NCBI GenBank assembly: GCA_964399265.1
Contig: CAYNQF010000003.1
Location: 3,104-67,103 of the forward strand
Reading direction: 5' to 3'
Source: an uncultured bacterium
Lineage (GTDB): Bacteria; Joyebacterota; Joyebacteria; Joyebacterales; Joyebacteraceae
DNA: 64,000 nucleotides
This document shows positions 9,901 to 17,795 of the stretch, one piece after another. The position numbers and the translations under genes were made by a program. The notes under the pieces were generated by a model. It saw only the letters and a program-made list of their open reading frames with translations, was not told the DNA's origin and made no database searches. Position 1 is the first letter of the stretch. The number at the start of each line of letters is the position of its first letter.

Positions 9901-10150
9901 GGGCATGCTCCTGAGCCTCTGGAAGGTGGAGGACACAGCGACGTCGCTCCTCATGCGCAGATTCTACGAGAACAGGCTCGGCGTCTACGACGACGAGCGC
10001 GGAAATGAGCCGGGATTCAAAATGAGCAAGGCCGACGCCCTCCGCGAGGCGAAGGCGTGGCTCCGCGCCTACACCGACGCGGACGGCTACCGTCCGTACG
10101 ACCACCCCTACTACTGGTCCGCCTTCGTGCTGATCGGCGACAGAAGCTAG
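6908..10150 (+). CDS. Secreted TPR-repeat / CHAT-domain protein (caspase-like protease), 1080 aa
   Basis: Signal peptide (MKRSFPIILAATAAVMLALVAPCAAQ). About 10 TPR_10/12-like repeats (NLGMLHQATGDLEAARDDITESLDI...). C-terminal CHAT domain with His (IIHLATHALVD) and Cys (LVSLSACETALG) dyad context. Confidence 0.85.
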   Translation: MKRSFPIILAATAAVMLALVAPCAAQEADPGALTQRIVELRLAGDYTGAAAAAAALLDAVVGDPEATELDVDDATQLVATLRFAATLPEAARLELARADSFGMAMEESWAQGLYKEGAGAARQRLHLYREYFGERHLATATAEDELASLLQYEGEYEEAEPLFLDALRIRREQLGPDHVYVGATLNNLGMLHQATGDLEAARDDITESLDILTRALGDDDLNVAAITANLGILLQRMGDYDGAERHLLRALEVRRAALGDDNPDVASSLNALASFYYDSMDYAKAEPFLRRATATWQEVLGNDHPYVALSLSNMGALLAARGEYSEAEAFHRQAVDIYRATLGDEHPDLAFALHNLAHTLESEGDYAGAEPLFRESLEIRRSAFGDTHPEVAVSLNGLAHVLQVAGKYDEAEPLYREALAMHRELLGDDHLEVATDLSNLASLLEETGRLDEALGLYREALEIRTRTLGGQSAAVAYNLSSIGHLELREGYPVAAEMTLGEAASVYDAARLRAGTGMSSATMALRLRPPLVALAVSRLEQGKVDDAWPAAERALARTLADLLMSAEERSLTRAESVREDSLRSLLANLEGEVLAYAGAAASDSTGEAARLGEESRHRLLEAEADWSAFQQRLAEAHPVTEGHLFPLERIQRALGQETAIIGWIDADVGGGDVESWGYVIRHDGSVGWARCGSATGSTVRSLQRRYGKYREQISDPSSSSAGLLRDARSIWRERLEPLMPSLEGARALVVLPSGSVLGLPLETLVDDAGVLVGDRFAVSYAPSATVFAWLEERGETAGRSDAMLLVGDPPFTEADLEAMESEASEAGVARGASEDTESDDPRAAGDPERGVRGGRSSLEGLPRLPGSRAEVLSLSSLTDDATVLLGPDATEQELVELASEDKLKDYGIIHLATHALVDDERPDQSALVLSQVDLPDPLESALAGSRIYDGLLTAGEIVREWDLDCDLVSLSACETALGKEVAGEGYIGFAHAFLQAGARGMLLSLWKVEDTATSLLMRRFYENRLGVYDDERGNEPGFKMSKADALREAKAWLRAYTDADGYRPYDHPYYWSAFVLIGDRS

Positions 10151-10282
10151 CGCGTCGTTCCCTCGAACCTCAGCCCACCGTTGATTGTAGTTCATCATGG
10201 TTGGGAATCCTGTGCGCATGAGGTAGCATCGTGAGCGCGGTGGTCGGCCGCATCGCGGCAGCGGGGATCAGGAGGTAGGGCA

Positions 10283-11212
10283 ATGAGACGCATTCTCCCT
10301 TGGGCAGCCGTCGGGCTCGTCCTGGCCGTCTCCCCGGTGGTCACTGCCGGGCCTAATGACGGCGCGTCTCCGGTACCCTCCTCCGGTGTGGTCGTTTCGG
10401 TGCAGGGTGATGTCAAGGTAGAGCGGGCCGGGGAGTCCGAGCCGGTGACAGAGGGGCTCGTGCTCCAGCAGGGTGACGTCGTGAGCGCTCCCGAGGGCAC
10501 GCGCTGCACCGGGTTTACCCCGTCGGGCGAGCCGTTCGAGCTGTCGGGTCCGGGCGAGCTCCGTCTCGCGCGGATCGAGGGAGACGGCGTTATCGACAGG
10601 GTGACGCTCTGGGTTCGCCGCCAGCTGACCCAGTGGATCGGCGAGAGCAGAAGACAACCCATCGTCACGCGGGCTCTTAGGCGCGACTGGGAGGTCGAGA
10701 CCCTGACTCCTGCGCCTATCATCCCGGCGGCCGGCGGGCAGGTGCGCCCCGACAGCGCCGTTTTCTACTGGGGGACGGTCCCGGGCATCGACCGCTATCT
10801 CGTCACCTTCGTCTCGGAGGACGGCCACGAGACGAACCGCACCGTGAGGGGGCACAGGCTCGTGGTCGAGGACCTTGTCCCGGGCAACGACTACGTCTGG
10901 AAGGTGCGTCCCGCGGTCGACGGGTGGACGGGGCAGGCCAGGTGGCGCGAGTTCAGGGTGATGCTTCCCGAGGAGGAGTCGGGCCTGGACGACGCCGTCG
11001 CGGAGATGAACGACCTCGAGGCCGGCGTCCTGCTTCTGTCGGCGGGGCTGCACGAGGAGGCCGCCTACCGTCTCGACTCAGCCGTTGCCTCCGTCTCGAG
11101 CGGACCCTCGGCGCGGAAATGGCGCGCCCAGACGATGGCTGAGATCGGGCTCTACCAGGACGCATACGAGGACCTGGTGAGGAGCTGGGACGAGTCGTCG
11201 GAGATGCGCTGA
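10283..11212 (+). CDS. Secreted FecR-domain protein with FN3-like and helical C-terminal regions (paralog 1)
   Basis: Signal peptide. FecR-like core (VQGDVKVERAG...LVLQQGDVVSAPEGTRCTGFTPSGEPFELSGPGELRL). FN3-like YVWKVRP segment. No transmembrane anti-sigma segment. Confidence 0.7.
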   Translation: MRRILPWAAVGLVLAVSPVVTAGPNDGASPVPSSGVVVSVQGDVKVERAGESEPVTEGLVLQQGDVVSAPEGTRCTGFTPSGEPFELSGPGELRLARIEGDGVIDRVTLWVRRQLTQWIGESRRQPIVTRALRRDWEVETLTPAPIIPAAGGQVRPDSAVFYWGTVPGIDRYLVTFVSEDGHETNRTVRGHRLVVEDLVPGNDYVWKVRPAVDGWTGQARWREFRVMLPEEESGLDDAVAEMNDLEAGVLLLSAGLHEEAAYRLDSAVASVSSGPSARKWRAQTMAEIGLYQDAYEDLVRSWDESSEMR

Positions 11213-11291
11213 GGATCCCGCGAACTTCATGCTCCTCTCGTTTGTAGTTCACTGCGCAGGTGACAGCATCACTCCTTCTTCCGGAGGCGGT

Positions 11292-12200
11292 ATGCAGCTA
11301 GCACAGTCGAAGAGGGCCCGCATGGGGCTTATCGTGTTCTGCCTTTGTCTGTTCCTCCCGGTCGCCGCCTGGAGCGGCGAGTCGCCCGGCGGCCTCGTGG
11401 TGTCCGTCGCAGGGGATGTGATCGTCAAGCGGGGCGAGGGCGAGATGCCGGCGCGGGAGGGATTCGTTCTCCGCGACGGCGACACCGTGGTGGCGAAGAC
11501 GGGGGCCACGTGCACCGGTTTCACCCCGGTGGGCGAGGAGTTCAACCTCGTGGGTCCGGGCGAGATGCAGTTCGCGGGCGGCGAGAGCGGCGCGGCGGGC
11601 AATCTGGCCTCGTGGGTGCGCTCTCAGCTGGCCGACTGGATCGGCGAGAGCCGCAGACAGCCTCTGAGGACCAGGACCGTCCGCGACTGGGCGATGCCGA
11701 CAGAGGCGCCGGCCCAGATGATTCCCGCGCAGGACGGAAAGGTGCGCGTCGAAGAGGCTCACCTCTTCTGGAGTGAAGTACCCGGCGTCGACAGCTATCT
11801 CCTGACCATCGCTCCGGCCGACGGGAATGAGGTGACGCGCGTCGTCCGCGACAACGGCGCCGTGCTCGAGGACCTGGCTCCGGGCGAGGAGTACGTCTGG
11901 AAGGTCCAGCCCGAGGCCGACGGATGGGAGGGTGAGTCCGGGTGGCGCTCCTTCGTGGTGATGACACCGGACGAGGAGCAGAGACTCGACCAGGCCATCG
12001 ACAAGCTCGGCGACCTCGAGGCCGGCGTCCTGCTCCTGTCGTCGGGGCTTCACGAGGAGGCCATCTACAGGTTCGACACCGCGGTCGCCTCGCCTTCGCA
12101 GGCCCGCTCGGCCCGCATGTGGAGGGCCAGGGCGTTCGCCGACATCGGCCTCTACAAGCAGGCATACGAGGACCTGCTCGAAGCCCGGGGTGAAGAGTGA
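11292..12200 (+). CDS. Secreted FecR-domain protein (paralog 2, tandem duplicate)
   Basis: GGAGG RBS 5 nt before ATG 11292. About 45% identity to the upstream gene, with shared motifs CTGFTP.GE.F.L.GPGE, WIGESRRQP and GVLLLSxGLHEEA. Confidence 0.7.
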   Translation: MQLAQSKRARMGLIVFCLCLFLPVAAWSGESPGGLVVSVAGDVIVKRGEGEMPAREGFVLRDGDTVVAKTGATCTGFTPVGEEFNLVGPGEMQFAGGESGAAGNLASWVRSQLADWIGESRRQPLRTRTVRDWAMPTEAPAQMIPAQDGKVRVEEAHLFWSEVPGVDSYLLTIAPADGNEVTRVVRDNGAVLEDLAPGEEYVWKVQPEADGWEGESGWRSFVVMTPDEEQRLDQAIDKLGDLEAGVLLLSSGLHEEAIYRFDTAVASPSQARSARMWRARAFADIGLYKQAYEDLLEARGEE

Positions 12201-14083
12201 AGTTCCGGAGTTCTCTGCGAGGGAGCAGGCTCAAGCGCCTGCTCCCTCTGCTCTACCTGATACCGCTCGCCTACGTGGCATGGCCTATCTTCTGGGCCCC
12301 GCTCGACGCGCGTTTCTTCAACTATTTCCAGTCCAAACGTGCCGTGCGGCCGTGGACCGAGGTCGTCGTCGTAGGCATCGACAGGCCCACGCGCGAGCAG
12401 CTGTTTGACTCGCCGGTCTTCCCCCTGTCGAGGCACACCGACAAGCACGCGCGCATGGTAGAGATCCTGGACGCGGCCAATGCGCGCGCGATCGTGTTCG
12501 ACCTCGCTCTGGGGGCGGACACGTTCGACGCTCCCCCGACCAGGTTCGCCGAAGCCATCCGTAGGTCCGGCAAGGTATACCTCGTGATGTCGCTGCGCGA
12601 GGAGCGGAGGTCCGCGCGCTCCGGCGACACCGCCGTTCTGCTCACGGCCAGCCTGCCGGATTCGCTTCTCATGTCGGCGGCCCAGGGAGCGTTCGTGGCC
12701 GACGTGCAGACCGACTCTGACGGCACCGTGAGGAGGTTCGACAGGGACCCGAGGCTCACCAGGCTCGGCCTCGAGTCCCTGCCGGAGAGGCTGTCGGGCG
12801 TCGACGTGGAGGGCAGCGTACCCATCGAGTTCCCGTCGATGGATGTGACCATCCCCGTCGTGTCGTACATGGACGTCTACAACGAAGACCCCGAAGTGTT
12901 GTCGCTGATTGACGGGCGCATCGCGCTCGTGGGACTGGTCGACGACCCATCGACCGACTTCGTCACCGTCCCGAGACTCCAGGACATTGGTGGTGGCGTA
13001 GAGGCGTTCGGCCTGCCGGGCGTGGTCGTACTGGGAGCCATAACGGAGACATTGCTTCGGGGTGCGCCGCTACATGACGCCGCGTGGCCGCTGACGCTCG
13101 CGTGGATCATTATCTGGTGTGTGGCCTGCGTGCTCCTGATGTCCAAGCGCAGGCCGGCCCTGGCGGCGTTCACGGCGCTGGCCGTGATCGCCGCGTGTCT
13201 GGTGACGACGGGGTTCCTTCACGCCACGGCCGGCATCGTGCTGCCGAGTGGCCTGGTCCTGGGCGCGCTCCTCTTCTCGGCCTCGTTCGCTCTCGTGAGT
13301 AATCACGTTGAGACGACGAAGGAGCTTCACCTCGAGGCCGTCGAGAACGAGCGTGTACGGAAGGAACTGGAGACGGCGCGCCATACGCAAGAGCAGTTCC
13401 TGCCGGACGAGATCCCTCAGGTCGAGGGCCTGGACGTCTGGGGGATCAACGTGAGTTCTCTGGCCGTCTCGGGCGACTACTACGATGTGATCGACCTGGG
13501 CGGCGACGATGCGCTGGTCTTCACCATCGCGGACGTTTCGGGGAAGGGCCTGCCAGCGGCGCTCCTCATGTCGAACGTCCAGGCGGGGCTCCACTGCCAC
13601 ACGTTCCATCACGACTTCGACATCAAGGAAACGGCTGAGAACCTGAACAGCCTCGTCCACCGCAATACGGACGCCGGCAAGTTCGTGACTCTTTTCCTGG
13701 GTGAGATCGACAAGCGGACGCGTCTTCTCAAATACGTTCGCGCCGGGCACGACAACCCGATACTGGTCTCGAAGGACGGCGCTTGCCGCCAGCTGGAGGA
13801 GGGGAGCTTCGTGCTCGGGTTCATCCCCGAGGCCGAGTACGACGTAGCGGAGGAACAGCTCTCACCTGGGGACGTCCTCTGCCTGTACACCGACGGCGTT
13901 ACGGAGGCGCGCAATCAGGCCGACGAGGAGTTCGAACTCGACCGCGTCATCGAGGTCGTCACCGGGCATCGCGCCGAGTCGGCCGAGCAGATCGGGAGCG
14001 CGCTCCTCCAGGCGGTGCGCGATTTCTCGAAGCTCGAGTCCCAGGCCGACGACGTGACGCTCATCGTGATCAAGGTATGTTGA
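12197..14083 (+). CDS. CHASE2 sensor / transmembrane / PP2C (SpoIIE, RsbU-like) serine phosphatase
   Basis: GTG start overlaps the upstream stop (GTGA). N-terminal TM helix, then a CHASE2-like periplasmic domain (VVVGIDRPT...). Several TM helices, then a C-terminal PP2C region (SGDYYDVIDLGGD...ADVSGKG...LYTDGVTEA). Confidence 0.8.
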   Translation: MKFRSSLRGSRLKRLLPLLYLIPLAYVAWPIFWAPLDARFFNYFQSKRAVRPWTEVVVVGIDRPTREQLFDSPVFPLSRHTDKHARMVEILDAANARAIVFDLALGADTFDAPPTRFAEAIRRSGKVYLVMSLREERRSARSGDTAVLLTASLPDSLLMSAAQGAFVADVQTDSDGTVRRFDRDPRLTRLGLESLPERLSGVDVEGSVPIEFPSMDVTIPVVSYMDVYNEDPEVLSLIDGRIALVGLVDDPSTDFVTVPRLQDIGGGVEAFGLPGVVVLGAITETLLRGAPLHDAAWPLTLAWIIIWCVACVLLMSKRRPALAAFTALAVIAACLVTTGFLHATAGIVLPSGLVLGALLFSASFALVSNHVETTKELHLEAVENERVRKELETARHTQEQFLPDEIPQVEGLDVWGINVSSLAVSGDYYDVIDLGGDDALVFTIADVSGKGLPAALLMSNVQAGLHCHTFHHDFDIKETAENLNSLVHRNTDAGKFVTLFLGEIDKRTRLLKYVRAGHDNPILVSKDGACRQLEEGSFVLGFIPEAEYDVAEEQLSPGDVLCLYTDGVTEARNQADEEFELDRVIEVVTGHRAESAEQIGSALLQAVRDFSKLESQADDVTLIVIKVC

Positions 14084-14109
14084 TCATCGGCCGTGTATAG
14101 CAAGAGAAT

Positions 14110-14134
14110 GGGGCGGCTCGACATGAGCCGCCCC
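14110..14134. terminator. Bidirectional terminator hairpin between the convergent CHASE2-PP2C and pepF genes
   Basis: 10-bp GC stem (GGGGCGGCTC / GAGCCGCCCC) with a 5-nt loop. Confidence 0.5.
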
Positions 14135-14186
14135 TCCTGCATTGGATTCTCTCCGACATGTAGCATCGAACCTTTGCGCCGCCTGT

Positions 14187-16004
14187 CTATCCCTCGAGCC
14201 CGCAGTACGTATCGACCTGCGCCGCCAGCACTTTGATGCTCCCCTCCCAGAAATCGCGGGAGCGGATGTCGATGCCGTACTTGGCCGCGAGGTCGGCGGC
14301 CTTGCCCTCGCCGGTGCTGCGCAGCAGCTCCTTGTAGCGCGGGATGAACGCCTCGCCCTCCTTCTGATAGATGGCGTAGACGCCCAGGCCGAAGAGCAGG
14401 CCGAACGCGTAGGGGAAGTTGTAGAAGTTGTAGTCGTACGCGTAGTAGTGCGGCTTCAGGAGCCACATGTAAGGATGCAGGTGGTCCTGGTCGAGTCCGT
14501 CGCCGTAGGTCTGCTTCTGCGCGTCCACCATGATCTCGCAGAACTCATCGGCGGACAGCTCGGCATCGGCGCGGCGCTTCAGGACCTCACTCTCAAAGAT
14601 GAACCGCGAGTAGATGTCGACGATGACCTGCGTGGCGTTGATGAGCTGGTTCTCGAGAATGCCCAGCTGTGCCTCGGGCTTCGCGGTCTTCAGGGCCGCG
14701 TTCGTGACGAGCGTCTCGCAGAAGATCGACGCCGTCTCCGCCAGCGTCATCGGCGAACCGGCCCGGATCATGGGAAGGCCAATCTGGCAGTAGTTGTGGA
14801 ACGCGTGTCCCAGCTCGTGCGATACGGTCGACAGCTGGTCGAAGCTCCCGTCGAAATTGCACATCACGCGCGACTCATTGACCTTCGGAACGCGCATACA
14901 GAAGGCGCCGCCGATCTTCCCGTCGCGCGGCTCCGCGTCGATCCAGTTGTGCTCGAACGCGTTCCTCGCGAAGTCGGCAAGTTCACCGCTGAACGTCCCG
15001 AACTGCTCGACGACGAACGCCGTGAGTTCGTCCCATGTGTACTTGAGCTCCACTGAGCCGACCGGCGCCATCATGTCCCACCAGGGGAGCTTCTGCTTGC
15101 CGAGCTTCTCGGCCTTGCTCCTGAGGTAGCGCCTGAACGTGGGGAAGGAGGCCTTCATTGCCCCCATGAGCGCGTCCAGCGTGGCCCGGTCCATCTTGTT
15201 CGTTTCGAGCGACCAGTGCAGGACGTCGTCGTAGCCGCGCCGCCTGGCCATCGTGACGGCGGTTCCCTTCACACCGTTCATCGCGAACGCTACCGACTCG
15301 CGGATCGACTCCCATCCCCTGAGTTCCACCTCGTAGGCCCTGTGACGGACGTCCGGGTCCGCGTCGTTAGCGAGGTTGCGGAGCATCGTCATCGGGAGCG
15401 CCTCGGTCCTGCCGCTCTTGTCGGTGAACGGCATCTTGAGCTGGCTCGTGACGCGCTCCTGCAGCTTGTCCATGACGCCGCCGCCCGATGTCACGAGTTC
15501 CGACGCCAAGGCCTCCATCTCGGCGGTCATGCGGTACCTGCTGTCGTCCACGATGTCCTTGAGGGCGAGGCGGTGCTCCTTGGCTACGGGCGCGGTCTCG
15601 ACGACCTTGTCCAGCACGGGCGCGAGCGACCCTACCCATGCTTCGAACGGGACGTAGACCTTGCGGAAGCGCACGTGAAGCTGCTCGAACTCGCTCTGCC
15701 TGCGGGCCGCCAGCGTGTTGCGCGAATCGGTCGACACGAAGCTGTAGATGTACGCGTTCAGGGTCGACATCGTGAGCAGCGCTGCGTTCAGGATTTCGAG
15801 GATGCCGTCCAGGACCTTGCCCGTCGCTGCGGTGTCAGCCGGGGGCGCGTCGAGCTTGCGTATGCCGTGCTGTTGCTCATACTTCTCCAGCTTGTCAAGA
15901 TAGCCCTTGAAGAGCTCGATGTCGGCCTTGAAGTCGCCCGCGTCCAGCCCTCCGTAGACGTTCGAGAGATCCCAATGGGGGAGCTTGCCCTTCGCGTCTG
16001 CCAT
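14187..16004 (-). CDS. pepF: Oligoendopeptidase F (M3B family)
   Basis: HELGHAFH zinc motif and M3 fold-length protein. Start chosen at ATG 16004, which has a GGAGGTG RBS 6 nt upstream. The longer ORF start at 16073 has none. Confidence 0.85.
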   Translation of the reverse strand: MADAKGKLPHWDLSNVYGGLDAGDFKADIELFKGYLDKLEKYEQQHGIRKLDAPPADTAATGKVLDGILEILNAALLTMSTLNAYIYSFVSTDSRNTLAARRQSEFEQLHVRFRKVYVPFEAWVGSLAPVLDKVVETAPVAKEHRLALKDIVDDSRYRMTAEMEALASELVTSGGGVMDKLQERVTSQLKMPFTDKSGRTEALPMTMLRNLANDADPDVRHRAYEVELRGWESIRESVAFAMNGVKGTAVTMARRRGYDDVLHWSLETNKMDRATLDALMGAMKASFPTFRRYLRSKAEKLGKQKLPWWDMMAPVGSVELKYTWDELTAFVVEQFGTFSGELADFARNAFEHNWIDAEPRDGKIGGAFCMRVPKVNESRVMCNFDGSFDQLSTVSHELGHAFHNYCQIGLPMIRAGSPMTLAETASIFCETLVTNAALKTAKPEAQLGILENQLINATQVIVDIYSRFIFESEVLKRRADAELSADEFCEIMVDAQKQTYGDGLDQDHLHPYMWLLKPHYYAYDYNFYNFPYAFGLLFGLGVYAIYQKEGEAFIPRYKELLRSTGEGKAADLAAKYGIDIRSRDFWEGSIKVLAAQVDTYCGLEG

Positions 16005-16238
16005 TCTCACACCTCCTGCATTGTCCTGTTTCGTTCGGGGAGCGTCCATGCTATCACGGCACGTAGCGGCCATGAAGGGCTAGTTGCGGCATCCGGCGGT
16101 CGCCGGGGCGCTGGGGCCCCAAGCCTCTCACGGAAAAACCATGTGGGCCCGGACGGTGTCTCAGATGATGTGCGGGTCACTGGGATGTGCCCGTATCCAT
16201 CCAGAGCGCAAGTCTTGCCTCAACAAGGAGGTCGGGGG

Positions 16239-17234
16239 ATGAACGCTATCACCATGGCAGTAATGGCTCTAGCAGCGTTGGGTGTCGTCGCCTCGCCCTC
16301 CAGGGCGACGACGATCGACAGGGATTTTCACCAGAGCTTTGAGGTGAGCGAGGGGTTCCGGCTGGAGGTGAACAACGGCGACGGTGACGTGACGATCACC
16401 CCTTGGGACCAGGACGTAATCGATGTCGCCGTGCGCTGCCGCGCCGACGTGGTTCGCCTCGGCGTCGGAGACCCGCCGGACTTCACGGTGGACTTTGAGA
16501 CCGGAGACGACTTCGTCAAGGTGACCGGCCGCATGCTGCCGAGCGGTCCGGCGATGTTCCAGTCGGTTCAGATCTACGACTACAGGTACACGATAAGGGC
16601 ACCGGCGTGGGTGATGCTCGAGATCAATGGAAGCGACGGAGACATCGAGATCAGCGGGTGGCGTGCCGAGATAGACTGCGCTCTCGACGACGGCGATGTG
16701 CTGCTCGACAACGTGGCGGCACCGACCACGAGGATCGCTCTGAACGACGGAGACGTGACCGGAGTCGGCGTGTCCGGCGAACTGCGCATCTCGGGAGACG
16801 ACGGTGAGATAAGTCTGAGCAAGTGCGGTCCTGTCGTGACTAAGCTCGAAATCCAGGACGGAAGCGTCGACGTATCAGACTCGCGCGGCAGTTTCGACGT
16901 GTCCGTCGACGACGGGAACGTGTCTCTTGCGCTCGTCGAGGCGGGCGACGTGCGCGTTCGCGCGGCCGACGGAGACGTGAGCGCGACGGTGGCGGAAGGA
17001 TCTCCCGCGAGTCTCGACATAGAGACCGACGACGGAGAGGTCTTCGTGTCGATGCCGCCGGCCTCGTCCTACTCGTTCCGCATACAGACCGACGGCGGCC
17101 GCGTCAGCATCGACATTCCCGACCAGCAGGACGTCATGAAGGATGAGCACATGGCGATGGGCCGAGTGCGCGGCGGCACCGGGAACGTGCGGGTCAAGAC
17201 TCGCGACGGCGATGTTCGGATCACGGAGGGCTGA
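16239..17234 (+). CDS. DUF4097-type putative adhesin (beta-helical D/G-rich repeats), secreted
   Basis: AGGAGG RBS before ATG 16239. Signal peptide, then repeated DGDV/DGNV-containing beta-strand units typical of DUF4097. The 5' part of the ORF-track entry (from 15216) is antisense to pepF and was discarded. Confidence 0.7.
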   Translation: MNAITMAVMALAALGVVASPSRATTIDRDFHQSFEVSEGFRLEVNNGDGDVTITPWDQDVIDVAVRCRADVVRLGVGDPPDFTVDFETGDDFVKVTGRMLPSGPAMFQSVQIYDYRYTIRAPAWVMLEINGSDGDIEISGWRAEIDCALDDGDVLLDNVAAPTTRIALNDGDVTGVGVSGELRISGDDGEISLSKCGPVVTKLEIQDGSVDVSDSRGSFDVSVDDGNVSLALVEAGDVRVRAADGDVSATVAEGSPASLDIETDDGEVFVSMPPASSYSFRIQTDGGRVSIDIPDQQDVMKDEHMAMGRVRGGTGNVRVKTRDGDVRITEG

Positions 17235-17243
17235 GGGGTCGGC

Positions 17244-17795
17244 CTACTCCTCGCGCCGGAATCTGATCAGGATGCGTAGGGACAACCACACGATTAGCAC
17301 GACGAACGCCGCGAGCACGTAGAAGAAGCTCGATGGGAGAGACGGCGTGCCCCCCGTCATGTTGGCGCGGAATACCGATTCAGTCACAGCGATGAGGAAG
17401 GCCAGCGTCGCCGTCTCGATCCAGAGTATCTGGCTCCAGATGAACCGGAGCGTGTCGTCCTTCCGCTCCGGCTGCAGCCAGTAGTCCCTGTTCGGGATGT
17501 TCATGATGCCCGTTGGGATTCTGGCGGCGTACCTGACGAAGAGCAAGGCACCGACCACGAAGATGGCCTCTATCGCGGCCATGGTCGCCACGAACCCCGC
17601 GCGGTCCATCCATCCGTTGGCGCGTCCCGCCATGTCGAAGTGGGTGACCAGCCTGTCCGGAATGATCCCGTAGTAGTGGACGAACTGCACAGCGGCCACG
17701 ATGACCAGCAACACCATTATCGTCAGTGGTGTGCGGTCCAACTCCGCTCTGTTCGAGCCCTCGTGGCTCGAGCCCTCGCTGTCATGTGTCCCCAT
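17244..17795 (-). CDS. DUF1648 family membrane protein
   Basis: Motif IIPDRLVTHFDMAGRANGW with flanking TM helices. Start at ATG 17795 is uncertain; an alternative is ATG 17717. Confidence 0.55.
   Translation of the reverse strand: MGTHDSEGSSHEGSNRAELDRTPLTIMVLLVIVAAVQFVHYYGIIPDRLVTHFDMAGRANGWMDRAGFVATMAAIEAIFVVGALLFVRYAARIPTGIMNIPNRDYWLQPERKDDTLRFIWSQILWIETATLAFLIAVTESVFRANMTGGTPSLPSSFFYVLAAFVVLIVWLSLRILIRFRREE

Noticed and set aside
8935-10219. 226-aa and 420-aa minus-strand ORFs inside the TPR-CHAT gene
   Set aside because: Both are antisense to a gene with clear TPR and CHAT domains, and have low-complexity S/R-rich composition. Spurious.
15216-16238. 5' two-thirds of the ORF-track 672-aa ORF (15216-17234)
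   Set aside because: This part is antisense to pepF. The genuine DUF4097 gene starts at ATG 16239 with an AGGAGG RBS and a signal peptide.
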